This document shows, one piece after another, positions 1 to 8,964 of a stretch of 24,000 nucleotides of DNA. Numbering within the stretch: the stretch's first letter is position 1; each line of letters opens with the position of its first letter. The position numbers were made by a program, and so were the translations under genes. Source of the stretch: Burkholderia sp. FERM BP-3421 (lineage in GTDB: Bacteria > Pseudomonadota > Gammaproteobacteria > Burkholderiales > Burkholderiaceae); the NCBI RefSeq assembly GCF_028657905.1, contig NZ_CP117782.1, positions 2,764,008 to 2,788,007 of the forward strand. The letters run 5' to 3'. Below the pieces are notes generated by a model. It had not been told where the DNA came from and did no database searches. It saw nothing but the letters and a program-made list of their open reading frames with translations.

Positions 1-2
1 CC

Positions 3-518
3 GCGCCGCCGGTCACCGTGCATCCGCTGGCGTTCGCGCATCCGGCCCGCGCCAGCGTGCTGTGGGATCGCGAATGCTTCACGCTGCTCGGCAGCATCGA
101 CTACCAGCACGCCGCCGTGCGCCTCGACGGCGCGCCGGAGCGGCACACCGACCTGCCCGCCGCCACGCGCGTGATCGTCGCCGGCCCGCTGGCGCTGACG
201 CTCGACGGCCTGGGCCGGCTCACCGCGTTCGACTTCTATACGAACCCGGCCGGCTGGCGGCGCGTCGAGCGCCTGCCCGTCGCGCGCCCGGCCCTCGTCA
301 CGCCCCGCCTGGACGGCGCGTTCGACGCGCTCGGCCGCCTCGGCGCACGCGAGCCCGCCGCCTGGCATGCGCGCGGCACCGGCACGCTGCGGCTCGTGTG
401 GCGCGACGCCTCGGTGTGGTACGCGATCGCGCCCGGCGTGTCGGTCGCCGCGGCCGACGACGGCACGCTCGCGCAGCTCGACATCACGGGTTTTCCACTG
501 CCGGCCGCGGCGGAATGA
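3..518 (+). CDS. hypothetical protein, C-terminal part (5' end lies upstream of the window)
   Basis: Frame 3 is open from the window edge with no upstream stop. Third-codon positions are strongly G/C. The product has normal composition (LWDRECFTLLGSIDYQHAAVRLDG...), unlike the Arg-rich overlapping ORFs 62..799 and 236..487. TGA at 516-518. No family recognised. Confidence 0.45.
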   Translation, partial: APPVTVHPLAFAHPARASVLWDRECFTLLGSIDYQHAAVRLDGAPERHTDLPAATRVIVAGPLALTLDGLGRLTAFDFYTNPAGWRRVERLPVARPALVTPRLDGAFDALGRLGAREPAAWHARGTGTLRLVWRDASVWYAIAPGVSVAAADDGTLAQLDITGFPLPAAAE

Positions 519-520
519 CA

Positions 521-559
521 CGTGCGCGTCGAATCCGCGCCACGGGATCGACGCGCACG
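521..559 (+). terminator. GC-rich hairpin directly after the stop codon (possible terminator or mRNA stabiliser, no U-tract)
   Basis: Perfect 12-bp inverted repeat CGTGCGCGTCGA (521-532) / TCGACGCGCACG (548-559) with a 15-nt loop. It starts 3 nt after the TGA at 516-518. No T-run follows. Confidence 0.35.
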
Positions 560-876
560 CGAGCCCGGACGTCGCCGTCGAGATCGCGCGCTACGCCGGC
601 ATCACGCCGCGTCGCGATGCGCGGTCCGTTCACGGCGGCCGCTTCGTTCGATGCCCCACACATCCCGCACGCGCGCCAGCCGTCTTGCGATTCGTCCGGA
701 CCCGCGCCGGGGTGCGCCGTCGCGCCCGCCCGGTCGCCGGCGCCATGCCTGAGCCCCCGATCCGGCAGCCGTTTCGCCGCTCGACCGGCGCATTTGTAAG
801 CGGCCGCCGGGTCGGCGCCGCCATCGCGGATGCCGGGTAACTCCCGCATTGCACAGCGCAAAATTGTCAGGCTACG

Positions 877-2184
877 ATGAGGGTCATTCGGGTCTACGAT
901 CTCAACGGATACGGGCAGATGGCGTTCAGCAAGGCAGTAGTGGGATGGATGGCGGCTTGCGTGCTGTCGGCCGCTCAGGCCGGACCGCTGCCTGCCGCCG
1001 CGCCGCCCGACGCCGGCGGCGCGCTCGCCAGCGCCGAGCGCTTCGACTACGCCGATTCCGGCCTGCCCCAGGTGGCCGCCGATCTCAACGAGCAGGTGAT
1101 CCGCATTCCGGCCGGCGCGGCCGGCGCGGTCACGCTCGAAGCCACGGTGTTCAAGCCCGACGGCCCCGGCCCGTTCCCGCTCGTCATCTTCAATCACGGC
1201 AAGAATTCAGGCGACCTGCGCGACCAGCCGCGCAGCCGCCCGCTGTCGTTCGCGCGCGAATTCGTGCGGCGCGGCTACGCCGTCGTCGCGCCGAACCGCC
1301 AGGGTTTCGCCGGCTCGGGCGGCGCCTACGTGCAGGAAGGCTGCGACGTCGAGCGCAACGGCCTCGCGCAGGCGCGCGACGTCGAGGCGACCATCGGCTA
1401 CATGACGAAGCTGCCGTATGTCGATGCGCAGCACGTCCTCGTCGCCGGCACCTCGCACGGCGGCATGGTGTCGCTCGCGTACGGCACCGAGGCCGCCCCC
1501 GGCGTGAAAGGCATCATCAATTTCTCGGGCGGCCTGCGCCAGGACCTGTGCCCGAACTGGCAGAAGAACCTCGTCGGCGCGTTCGACACCTACGGCGCCG
1601 AAACCCACGTGCCGTCGCTGTGGCTGTACGGCGACAACGATTCGGTGTGGTCGCCCTCACTCGTCGGACAATTGCGCAACGCCTACATGGCGCACGGCGC
1701 CAGCACGCTGTTCGTCGACTTCGGCCGCTACAAGGACGACGCGCACCGGATCATCGTCGATCGCGACGGCGTGCCGATCTGGTGGCCGCCCGTCGGCGCG
1801 TTCCTGGCCCAGTTGAAGATGCCGGCCGCCGTGCGTTATGCGGTGGCCAGCCCGCGCGAGCCGAACGCGAGCGGCTACGCGTCGATCGACGCGGTCGACG
1901 CGGTGCCGTTCCTCGACGACGCGGGCCGCGAAGGCTATCGCCACTTCCTGAACCAGCACCCGAGCCGCGCGTTCGCGGTATCGGGCGACGGCGCGTGGTC
2001 CTGGGCCGAAGGCGGCGACGACCCGATGGCGCTCGCGCTCGACAACTGCAAGAAACAGGGGACAGGTCCCTGCAAGCTGTATGCGGTCAACGACCGGGTC
2101 GTCTGGCGCGACGCCACGCGCAGCGCGGACGCCAGTCCGGCGAACGACGCCCCGGCCGCCGCTCACGCGCTCGCGAGCCGCTGA
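877..2184 (+). CDS. secreted alpha/beta hydrolase (dienelactone-hydrolase-like) with a C-terminal Cys-pair module
   Basis: Signal-peptide-like MAFSKAVVGWMAACVLSAAQA; an alternative ATG at 919 would start exactly there. Nucleophile elbow G-T-S-H-G (VAGTSHGGM), then LWLYGDNDSVW (Asp) and YKDDAHRI (His), in the Ser-Asp-His order of alpha/beta hydrolases. TGA at 2182-2184. Confidence 0.8.
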   Translation: MRVIRVYDLNGYGQMAFSKAVVGWMAACVLSAAQAGPLPAAAPPDAGGALASAERFDYADSGLPQVAADLNEQVIRIPAGAAGAVTLEATVFKPDGPGPFPLVIFNHGKNSGDLRDQPRSRPLSFAREFVRRGYAVVAPNRQGFAGSGGAYVQEGCDVERNGLAQARDVEATIGYMTKLPYVDAQHVLVAGTSHGGMVSLAYGTEAAPGVKGIINFSGGLRQDLCPNWQKNLVGAFDTYGAETHVPSLWLYGDNDSVWSPSLVGQLRNAYMAHGASTLFVDFGRYKDDAHRIIVDRDGVPIWWPPVGAFLAQLKMPAAVRYAVASPREPNASGYASIDAVDAVPFLDDAGREGYRHFLNQHPSRAFAVSGDGAWSWAEGGDDPMALALDNCKKQGTGPCKLYAVNDRVVWRDATRSADASPANDAPAAAHALASR

Positions 2185-2640
2185 TTCCCGTCGCGCGCGC
2201 CCCTCGCCGTTTCGTCTGATCGTTCGGCCACGCGGACCGCGCACAGGCCGGATCGAGGCCGCCCTGGTCGCGCCGCCGCCACGCTCCCTGCCCGGCCGCC
2301 GAAAGCGCCGGCCGCCATCCCGCCTTTTTCCGCTTCCGAACAGATGTCCATCCGCCGGGGAGCGTCACTTTGCCGTCGTCAAAAGCGGACTTCTCCAAGG
2401 AACGCGCCCGAACCGTCGCGAGACGTCGACAAATGCCCGCAACTCCATGCCAGACAAGGCTCGGCGGGTTTGTAACGGCTAGTGCAACGAGGCGCGGAAC
2501 GCGCTAATCTCGGCCCGGTTTTGGTTTTGCACGCATGCGTTTTCACGCCGCCCTGGGCCGCCCGCCGGCCATCGGATCCGGCGGCGGGCCGCGCCCCCGT
2601 GGTTGCGCCCGCAACGCCGCGTCTTCGTCACGGAGTCGTT

Positions 2641-3987
2641 TTGAACACACCAGCGACCGATGACTGGGTCGCGCGCAGCCTGCGCGCGGTCTGGCATCCC
2701 TGCACCCAGATGAAGCACCACGAGCGGCTGCCGCTCGTTCCCGTCGCGCGCGGCCACGGCCCGTGGCTGTACGATCGCGCCGGCCGGCGCTATCTCGACG
2801 CGATCAGCTCATGGTGGGTGAACCTGTTCGGCCATGCGAACCCGCGCATCAACGCGGCGCTCAAGGACCAGCTCGACACGCTCGAACACGCGATGCTCGC
2901 GGGCTGCACGCACGAGCCCGCCATCGAACTCGCGGAGCGGCTCTCGGCGCTCACGCAGCACACGCTCGGCCATGCGTTCTTCGCATCCGACGGCGCGTCC
3001 GCCGTCGAGATCGCGCTGAAGATGAGCTTCCACACCTGGCGCAATCGCGGTCGGGACGCGAAGCGCGAATTCGCCTGCGTCGCGAACGGCTATCACGGCG
3101 AGACGGTCGGCGCGCTCGGCGTCACCGACGTGCCGCTCTTCAGGGATGCGTACGATCCGCTGATCCGCGCCGCGCACGTGGTCGCATCGCCCGACGCGCG
3201 CCTCGCGCAGCCGGGCGAAAGCGCGGCCGACGTCGCCGCGCGCGCGCTCGCCGATGTCGAGCGGCTGTTCAACGAGCGCGGCGACCGGATCGCCGCGCTG
3301 ATCATCGAGCCGCTCGTGCAGTGCGCGGCCGGCATGGCGATGCACGATCCGTCCTACGTGCGCGGGCTGCGCGCGCTGTGCGACGCGCACGAGGTGCACC
3401 TGATCGCCGACGAGATCGCCGTCGGCTGCGGCCGCAGCGGCACCTTCTTCGCCTGCGAGCAGGCAGGCGTGTGGCCCGACCTGCTGTGCCTGTCGAAGGG
3501 CATCACGGGCGGCTACCTGCCGCTGTCGATCGTGCTGTCGCGCGACGCCATCTTCGCGGCGTTCTACGACGACGACACCGCGCGCGGCTTCCTGCATTCG
3601 CACTCGTACACGGGCAATCCGCTCGCGTGCCGCGCGGCGCTCGCGACGCTCGACCTGTTCGCGAGCGACGACGTGCTCGCCGCCAACGCGCGCAAGTCGG
3701 CGCGCCTGCGCGAGGCGCTCCGGCCGCTCGCCGCGCATCCGCGCGTGCGGCACCTGCGCGAGCGCGGCACGATCTTCGCGTTCGACGTCGCGCTCGACGG
3801 CGAGGCCGCGCGCACGTTCCCGCGCCGCTTCTTCGAGCATGCGCTCGCGCGCGAAGCCCTGCTGCGCCCGCTCGGCACCACGGTCTATCTGATGCCGCCG
3901 TACATCCTCGACGACGACGAGCTCGCGTGGCTCGCCGCGCGCACGCTCGACACGCTCGACGCCACGCTCGAAGGAGCCGCCGCATGA
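2641..3987 (+). CDS. bioA: adenosylmethionine-8-amino-7-oxononanoate aminotransferase
   Basis: Class-III aminotransferase motifs: [28 protein letters not shown], the PLP-Lys context [13 protein letters not shown], and SHSYTGNP. Start placed at TTG 2641, 5 nt after GGAG (2632-2635), giving 448 aa. The track start at 2482 adds an implausible Arg/Pro-rich 53-aa leader. Confidence 0.92.
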   Translation: MNTPATDDWVARSLRAVWHPCTQMKHHERLPLVPVARGHGPWLYDRAGRRYLDAISSWWVNLFGHANPRINAALKDQLDTLEHAMLAGCTHEPAIELAERLSALTQHTLGHAFFASDGASAVEIALKMSFHTWRNRGRDAKREFACVANGYHGETVGALGVTDVPLFRDAYDPLIRAAHVVASPDARLAQPGESAADVAARALADVERLFNERGDRIAALIIEPLVQCAAGMAMHDPSYVRGLRALCDAHEVHLIADEIAVGCGRSGTFFACEQAGVWPDLLCLSKGITGGYLPLSIVLSRDAIFAAFYDDDTARGFLHSHSYTGNPLACRAALATLDLFASDDVLAANARKSARLREALRPLAAHPRVRHLRERGTIFAFDVALDGEAARTFPRRFFEHALAREALLRPLGTTVYLMPPYILDDDELAWLAARTLDTLDATLEGAAA

Positions 3988-5195
3988 CCCATCCCCTGCT
4001 CGACACGCTCGCCCGCGGCCTCGCCGCCCTCGACGCCGACGGCCTGCGCCGCCTGCGCCGCATCGCCGACACCGCATGCGACGCGCACATGACGGTCGAC
4101 GGGCGGACGATCATCGGTTTCGCGAGCAACGACTACCTCGGCCTCGCCGCGCATCCCCGGCTCGTCGACGCGTTCGCCGAAGGCGCGCGCCGCTACGGCT
4201 CCGGCAGCGGCGGCTCGCACCTGCTCGGCGGACACTCGCGCGCGCACGCGCGGCTCGAGGACGCGCTGGCCGCGTTCGCGGGCGGCTTCTGCGACGCGCC
4301 GCGCGCGCTGTACTTCAGCACCGGCTACATGGCGAACCTCGCCGCCTTGACCGCGCTCGCCGGACGCGGCGCGACGATCTTCTCCGACGCGCTGAACCAT
4401 GCGTCGCTGATCGACGGCGCACGGCTGTCGCGCGCGACCGTGCAGATCTATCCGCACCGCGACACCGACGCGCTCGCCGCGCTGCTCGCCGCCTCCGACG
4501 CCGACACCAAGCTGATCGTCACCGACACGGTGTTCAGCATGGACGGCGACGTCGCGCCCCTCGCGGGCCTCGTCGCGCTCGCGGAAGCGCACAACGCCTG
4601 GCTCGTCACCGACGATGCGCACGGCTTCGGCGTGCTCGGCCCGCAGGGGCGCGGCGCGCTCGCCGCGCAGGCGCTGCGCTCGCCGAACCTCGTCTACGTC
4701 GGCACGCTCGGCAAGGCGGCGGGCGTCGCGGGCGCCTTCGTCGTCGCGCACGAGACCGTCATCGAATGGCTGGTCCAGCGTGCGCGCAGCTACATCTTCA
4801 CGACGGCCGCGCCGCCGTCGGTCGCGCACGCGGTATCCGCGAGCCTCGAACTGATCGGCGGCGCCGAAGGCGACGCGCGCCGCGCGCACCTCGGCCAGCT
4901 GATCGAGCGCACCCGCGCGATCCTGCGCCGCACCCGCTGGCATGCGCCCGACTCGCACACGGCGGTGCAGCCGCTCGTGATCGGCGACAACGAGACGACG
5001 CTCGCCGCGATGGCCGCGCTCGACGAACATGGCCTGTGGGTGCCCGCGATCCGGCCGCCGACGGTGCCCGCCGGCACCTCGCGGCTGCGCGTCTCGCTGT
5101 CGGCCGCGCATTCGTTCGACGATCTCGCGCGCCTCGACGCCGCGCTCGCGCATGCGGGCGACGCGGCCGCCGCGCGGGAGGCGCGCGCCGCATGA
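3984..5195 (+). CDS. bioF: 8-amino-7-oxononanoate synthase
   Basis: ATG 3984 overlaps the bioA stop (ATGA) and has AGGAG at 3972-3976. Motifs: [35 protein letters not shown], and GTLGKAAG (PLP Lys). Only the part of track ORF 2763..5195 from 3984 onward looks like real protein. Confidence 0.92.
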   Translation: MTHPLLDTLARGLAALDADGLRRLRRIADTACDAHMTVDGRTIIGFASNDYLGLAAHPRLVDAFAEGARRYGSGSGGSHLLGGHSRAHARLEDALAAFAGGFCDAPRALYFSTGYMANLAALTALAGRGATIFSDALNHASLIDGARLSRATVQIYPHRDTDALAALLAASDADTKLIVTDTVFSMDGDVAPLAGLVALAEAHNAWLVTDDAHGFGVLGPQGRGALAAQALRSPNLVYVGTLGKAAGVAGAFVVAHETVIEWLVQRARSYIFTTAAPPSVAHAVSASLELIGGAEGDARRAHLGQLIERTRAILRRTRWHAPDSHTAVQPLVIGDNETTLAAMAALDEHGLWVPAIRPPTVPAGTSRLRVSLSAAHSFDDLARLDAALAHAGDAAAAREARAA

Positions 5196-5917
5196 CCGCC
5201 CCGCTTTCGCTGTTCGTCACCGGCACCGACACCGAGATCGGCAAGACCTTCGTCAGCGCCGCCCTGCTGTACGGCTTCGCGCGCCACGGGCTGCGCGCCG
5301 CCGCGATGAAGCCGATCGCGGCGGGCGCCTACGAGCGCGACGGGGTCTGGCGCAACGAGGACGCGGACCAGCTCGACGCCGCCGCGAACGTCGCGCTGCC
5401 GCCCGCGATCCGCACGCCGTTCCTGCTGAAAGCACCCGCCGCGCCGCACATCGTCGCCGCCGAGGAGCGCGTGACGCTCGACATCGGCACGATCGTCGCC
5501 GCGCACCAGCGCGCGTGCGAGGCGGCCGACATCGTGGTGGTCGAGGGTGTCGGCGGGTTCCGCGTGCCGCTCGACACGACCCGCGACACCGCCGACCTCG
5601 CGGTCGCGCTCGGCCTGCCGGTGGTGCTCGTGGTCGGCATGCGGCTCGGCTGCATCAACCATGCGCTGCTCACCGCCGACGCGATCGCCGCGCGCGGCCT
5701 GACCCTCGCCGGCTGGGTCGCGAACCGCATCGACCCGGCGATGGGCTATGCCGACGAGAACCTCGACACGCTGCGCCTGTGGCTCGAACGCGAGCATCGC
5801 GCGCCGCTCGTCGGCAGCATCGCGCACCAGAGCCCGCCCGATCCCGCGCGTGCGTCGCACGCGCTCGATATTCCCCGCTTGCTGGACACGCTGCGCGCCG
5901 CGCGCGGCGCGTCCTGA
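5192..5917 (+). CDS. bioD: dethiobiotin synthetase
   Basis: ATG 5192 overlaps the bioF stop (ATGA). N-terminal [13 protein letters not shown]-loop, plus VVVEGVGG and GWVANR motifs typical of BioD. TGA at 5915-5917. Confidence 0.92.
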   Translation: MTAPLSLFVTGTDTEIGKTFVSAALLYGFARHGLRAAAMKPIAAGAYERDGVWRNEDADQLDAAANVALPPAIRTPFLLKAPAAPHIVAAEERVTLDIGTIVAAHQRACEAADIVVVEGVGGFRVPLDTTRDTADLAVALGLPVVLVVGMRLGCINHALLTADAIAARGLTLAGWVANRIDPAMGYADENLDTLRLWLEREHRAPLVGSIAHQSPPDPARASHALDIPRLLDTLRAARGAS

Positions 5918-5957
5918 TTGCCCCTTCCACGTTCCCACGACACAACCAGGAAACGAC

Positions 5958-7007
5958 ATGACCGAAGCCCAGACCACCTCCCCGACGCCCGCCGCCGTGC
6001 CGGTGGCCGCTCCCGCCGCCCCGCGCTGGCGCGTGGCCGACGTGCTCGCGCTGTACGAGCTGCCGTTCAACGACCTGATGTTCCGCGCGCAGCAGGCGCA
6101 TCGCGCGCACTTCGACGCGAACGCGATCCAGCTGTCGACGCTGCTGTCGATCAAGACCGGCGGCTGCGAGGAAGACTGCGGCTACTGCTCGCAATCGTCG
6201 CACCACGAGACGGGCCTCAAGGCCGAGAAGCTGATGGACGTCGACGCGGTGCTCACCGCCGCGCGCGTCGCGAAGGACAACGGCGCGACCCGCTTCTGCA
6301 TGGGCGCGGCCTGGCGCAATCCGAAGGACCGCCATCTCGAGCCGATCAAGGACATGATCCGCGGCGTGAAGGAGATGGGCATGGAGACCTGCGTGACGCT
6401 CGGCATGCTGGAGGCGCATCAGGCGCAGGCGCTGTCGGAAGCGGGCCTCGACTACTACAACCACAACCTCGACACCTCGCCCGAGTTCTACGGCCAGGTG
6501 ATCTCGACGCGCACCTACCAGGACCGCCTCGACACGCTCGACCGCGTGCGCGACGCCGGCATCAACGTGTGCTGCGGCGGCATCATCGGCATGGGCGAAT
6601 CGCGCCGCGAGCGCGCGGGCCTGATCACCCAGCTCGCGAACCTGAACCCGTATCCGGAATCGGTGCCGATCAACAACCTGGTGGCGATCGAGGGCACGCC
6701 GCTCGAAGGCACCGCGGCGCTCGACCCGTTCGAGTTCGTGCGCACGATCGCGGTCGCGCGCATCACGATGCCGAAGGCGATGGTGCGCCTGTCGGCCGGC
6801 CGCGAGCAGCTCGACGACGCGATGCAGTCGCTGTGCTTCCTCGCGGGCGCGAACTCGATGTTCTACGGCGACCAGCTGCTGACCACCGGCAATCCGCAGG
6901 CGGAAGCCGACCGGCAACTGCTCGCGCGGCTCGGGATGCGCACGGAAGTTGCGCAGCAGATGCCGAAGGAAACCGCGCAGTCCTGCGCGCACGGCGCGGC
7001 GAACTGA
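5958..7007 (+). CDS. bioB: biotin synthase (radical SAM)
   Basis: ATG 5958 with AGGA at 5948-5951. Radical-SAM cluster motif [13 protein letters not shown], plus YNHNLDTS and [13 protein letters not shown] at 7005-7007. Confidence 0.95.
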   Translation: MTEAQTTSPTPAAVPVAAPAAPRWRVADVLALYELPFNDLMFRAQQAHRAHFDANAIQLSTLLSIKTGGCEEDCGYCSQSSHHETGLKAEKLMDVDAVLTAARVAKDNGATRFCMGAAWRNPKDRHLEPIKDMIRGVKEMGMETCVTLGMLEAHQAQALSEAGLDYYNHNLDTSPEFYGQVISTRTYQDRLDTLDRVRDAGINVCCGGIIGMGESRRERAGLITQLANLNPYPESVPINNLVAIEGTPLEGTAALDPFEFVRTIAVARITMPKAMVRLSAGREQLDDAMQSLCFLAGANSMFYGDQLLTTGNPQAEADRQLLARLGMRTEVAQQMPKETAQSCAHGAAN

Positions 7008-7032
7008 TCAACCGATCGACTGATCGCGCGGT

Positions 7033-7058
7033 CCGGGCCGCCTGGCGGGGCGGCTCGG
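7033..7058 (+). terminator. candidate hairpin downstream of bioB (no U-tract)
   Basis: 10-bp stem CCGGGCCGCC (7033-7042) / GGCGGCTCGG (7049-7058) with one G-U pair and a 6-nt loop. It lies 26 nt after the bioB stop. No T-run follows, so function is uncertain. Confidence 0.3.
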
Positions 7059-7429
7059 CGGCGCAGGCCCCGCTCCGCGTTGCGCGGCAGTCGTCAGGGC
7101 CGGGCCGATAGGCCCGACGCGGGGCCTGCATCGTCGCGAACCGGCCTGCGCGGCCCGCGACGAGCCGTGCCGGAATCCCGCGCCTCATCGGCCGCGCTCG
7201 ACATCGGGCAAGCCGTCTTCGACCGCGTCGAGGCATACGACCGGCCTCTCTCCCGCCTCCGCTTCCGCTTCAAACGTCGCATCCTCACGCCCGACGCGGA
7301 TCGCAACGCCGACCGGCCGGACACCGGCTTCATGTGTTTTCGAGCGGGCCCCGGCCGCTTCGCCCTTGCGCGGCGGCTCACCCCGCGCATGCGGGTCGGG
7401 GCCGCGCGCGCCGGCCCCCGGCTGAACCG

Positions 7430-8137
7430 CTACGCCGCCGCGTCCAACGCGGCGCGCGCCTTCGCCACCTGGCGCGCGTCGACGGGCGCGAGCACCTCGC
7501 CGCGCTCGCGCACGCCCGAGCCGAAATGCACCGCGCGCACGCCGGTCGCACGCGCGAATTCCCCGACTGCCGCCACCGTCAGCCCCGCGCCCGCGAGCAC
7601 CGTGCACGACGTACCCGCCGCGCGCCGCACCATCCGCGCGATCACGTCGCGGCCGTCCAGCGCCGAAGGATGGCCGCCCGAGGTCAGCACCGACGTCACC
7701 GCCGGCACGCGCAGCAGCACCTCGAACGCCGCGTTGAGATCGCGCGCGACATCGAACGCGCGATGGAAGGTCAGCGGGCGGCCGTCCGCCGCGTCGGCGA
7801 CGCGCTGCAGCGCGTTCACGTCGACCTCGCCGTGTGCGTCGAGCATGCCGAACACGATGCCGTGCGCGCCGGCCGCGACCGCCGCGCGCACGTCGCGCGC
7901 GATCGTCGCGAGATCGTCGGCGTCGTAGTGAAACGAGCGGCTGTGCGGTCGCACGATCACGTTGACCGGGATCGGCACCGCGGCCACCACGGTTTCGATC
8001 AGCCCGACGCTCGGCGTCAGGCCGCCCTCGCCGATCGCCGTCACGAGTTCGAGCCGGTCCGCGCCCGCGCGGGCGGCGGTGCGGGCGTCGCCGACCGTGG
8101 TGGCGATCACTTCGAGGAGCAGGGAGGAGGCAGGCAT
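7430..8137 (-). CDS. cutC: copper homeostasis protein CutC family
   Basis: 235-aa product with the CutC-family layout: LEVIATTVGDARTAARAGADRLEL near the N-terminus, NVIVRPHSRSFHY, GIVFGML, LTFHRAFD, and VLTSGG. ATG at 8137, TAG at 7430-7432. Confidence 0.85.
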   Translation of the reverse strand: MPASSLLLEVIATTVGDARTAARAGADRLELVTAIGEGGLTPSVGLIETVVAAVPIPVNVIVRPHSRSFHYDADDLATIARDVRAAVAAGAHGIVFGMLDAHGEVDVNALQRVADAADGRPLTFHRAFDVARDLNAAFEVLLRVPAVTSVLTSGGHPSALDGRDVIARMVRRAAGTSCTVLAGAGLTVAAVGEFARATGVRAVHFGSGVRERGEVLAPVDARQVAKARAALDAAA

Positions 8138-8150
8138 CGGCGGGCTCGTC

Positions 8151-8182
8151 GTCGGGTGGGATCAGCCTGCATCCTACCCGAC
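8151..8182 (-). other. intercistronic hairpin 13 nt upstream of the cutC start
   Basis: GTCGGGTGGG (8151-8160) pairs with CCTACCCGAC (8173-8182) at 9 of 10 positions, with a 12-nt loop. It sits between the stop of the His-rich gene (8196) and the cutC ATG (8137). No U-tract. Confidence 0.3.
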
Positions 8183-8195
8183 CCGCCGCGTCCGA

Positions 8196-8954
8196 TCAGT
8201 CGAGGAAGTCCGCGTATTCCTTGCGCGCGTACCCTTGCAACTGAGCCCACGGCGGCGTCGCGGCGCGCGCGACCGGCGTCAGCGTGAGCTTGCGCGTGAC
8301 GCGGCCGTCCGCGCTCCGGTATTCGATCGCGAGCGGCGCCTGCAGCGTCTCGCTCCACAGGATCCGGTTCAGCCCCTGCGCGCCGGCCGTCGCGACCTTC
8401 TGCTCGTACCAGCGCGTGCCCGGCGCGCGGCCCGGCTTCGCGCTCGCCGCGAGCGGCTTCAGGCGCGCGGGCGGCGTCAGGTAGTACGCGTTGTCCCACG
8501 AACCGTCGAAGCCGGTGGTCTCGTATTCGGCAGGCGGCACATCGACGACGGTCCGCTCGGCGGCGCTCACGTACTCGATCCGCGCGCACCGGCCGTCATG
8601 GGTCACATGACGCGCCGCCGACGCGAAGTCGAAGTGCTTGTGGCCGGCGTGCGCCTCCGCCGCGACGGGCCGCACACCCGTCGACGCCGCGTCCGACGCA
8701 CGAGCCCGGGCCTGTTCATGCGCGTGCCCGTGTTCCGCCTCGCCGTCCGCGCCGGGCTTCACGCGCTCGACCCACACATGTCCCTCGCGCCGCACCATCC
8801 GCTCGCGATACGAGGTGGTGCGCGTCACGCCGTCGGCGCCCACCGTCATGCTTTCGTGCAGCAGCACCGCGTCGAGCGCGGGCGCGGCGCAGGCCAGCGC
8901 CGCCGCGCAGCCGCACGCGAGGCCCGCGAGGGCCCGCATTCCGATTCCGTTCAT
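8196..8954 (-). CDS. exported His-rich protein of unknown function
   Basis: ATG 8954 lies 10 nt after the stop of the upstream phosphatase gene. Signal sequence MNGIGMRALAGLACGCAAALACAAPA has three Cys in lipobox-compatible contexts. His clusters EAEHGHAHEQ and EAHAGHKH map to 8634-8732. The track start at 9038 adds an Arg-rich extension overlapping the phosphatase gene. Confidence 0.7.
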   Translation of the reverse strand: MNGIGMRALAGLACGCAAALACAAPALDAVLLHESMTVGADGVTRTTSYRERMVRREGHVWVERVKPGADGEAEHGHAHEQARARASDAASTGVRPVAAEAHAGHKHFDFASAARHVTHDGRCARIEYVSAAERTVVDVPPAEYETTGFDGSWDNAYYLTPPARLKPLAASAKPGRAPGTRWYEQKVATAGAQGLNRILWSETLQAPLAIEYRSADGRVTRKLTLTPVARAATPPWAQLQGYARKEYADFLD

Positions 8955-8964
8955 CGCCGCCCGC

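Noticed and set aside
2469-2532. Possible BirA operator upstream of bioA (TTGTAAC at 2469-2475; GTGCAAC ... GTTTTGCAC at 2482-2532)
   Set aside because: There is only one half-site resembling TTGTAAACC and no symmetric partner at the expected spacing of about 14-16 nt. The GTGCAAC/GTTTTGCAC pair is imperfect and too far apart. I cannot support this call without a PWM scan.
2763-3983. N-terminal 407 aa of track ORF 2763..5195. Likewise the N-terminal part of 4076..5917, and the 5748..5957 extension of the bioB ORF.
   Set aside because: These stretches are Arg-rich read-through in alternative frames of bioA, bioF and bioD. The recognisable BioF, BioD and BioB sequences begin at 3984, 5192 and 5958, each with an SD and, for bioF and bioD, an ATGA junction.
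7094-7607. ORFs 7094..7390 (-), 7185..7607 (-) and 7080..7928 (+) in the bioB-cutC gap
   Set aside because: The products are poly-Arg/Lys nonsense or lack any usable start codon outside cutC. 7185..7607 and 7080..7928 overlap cutC. The region is kept only as a low-interest observation about periodicity.
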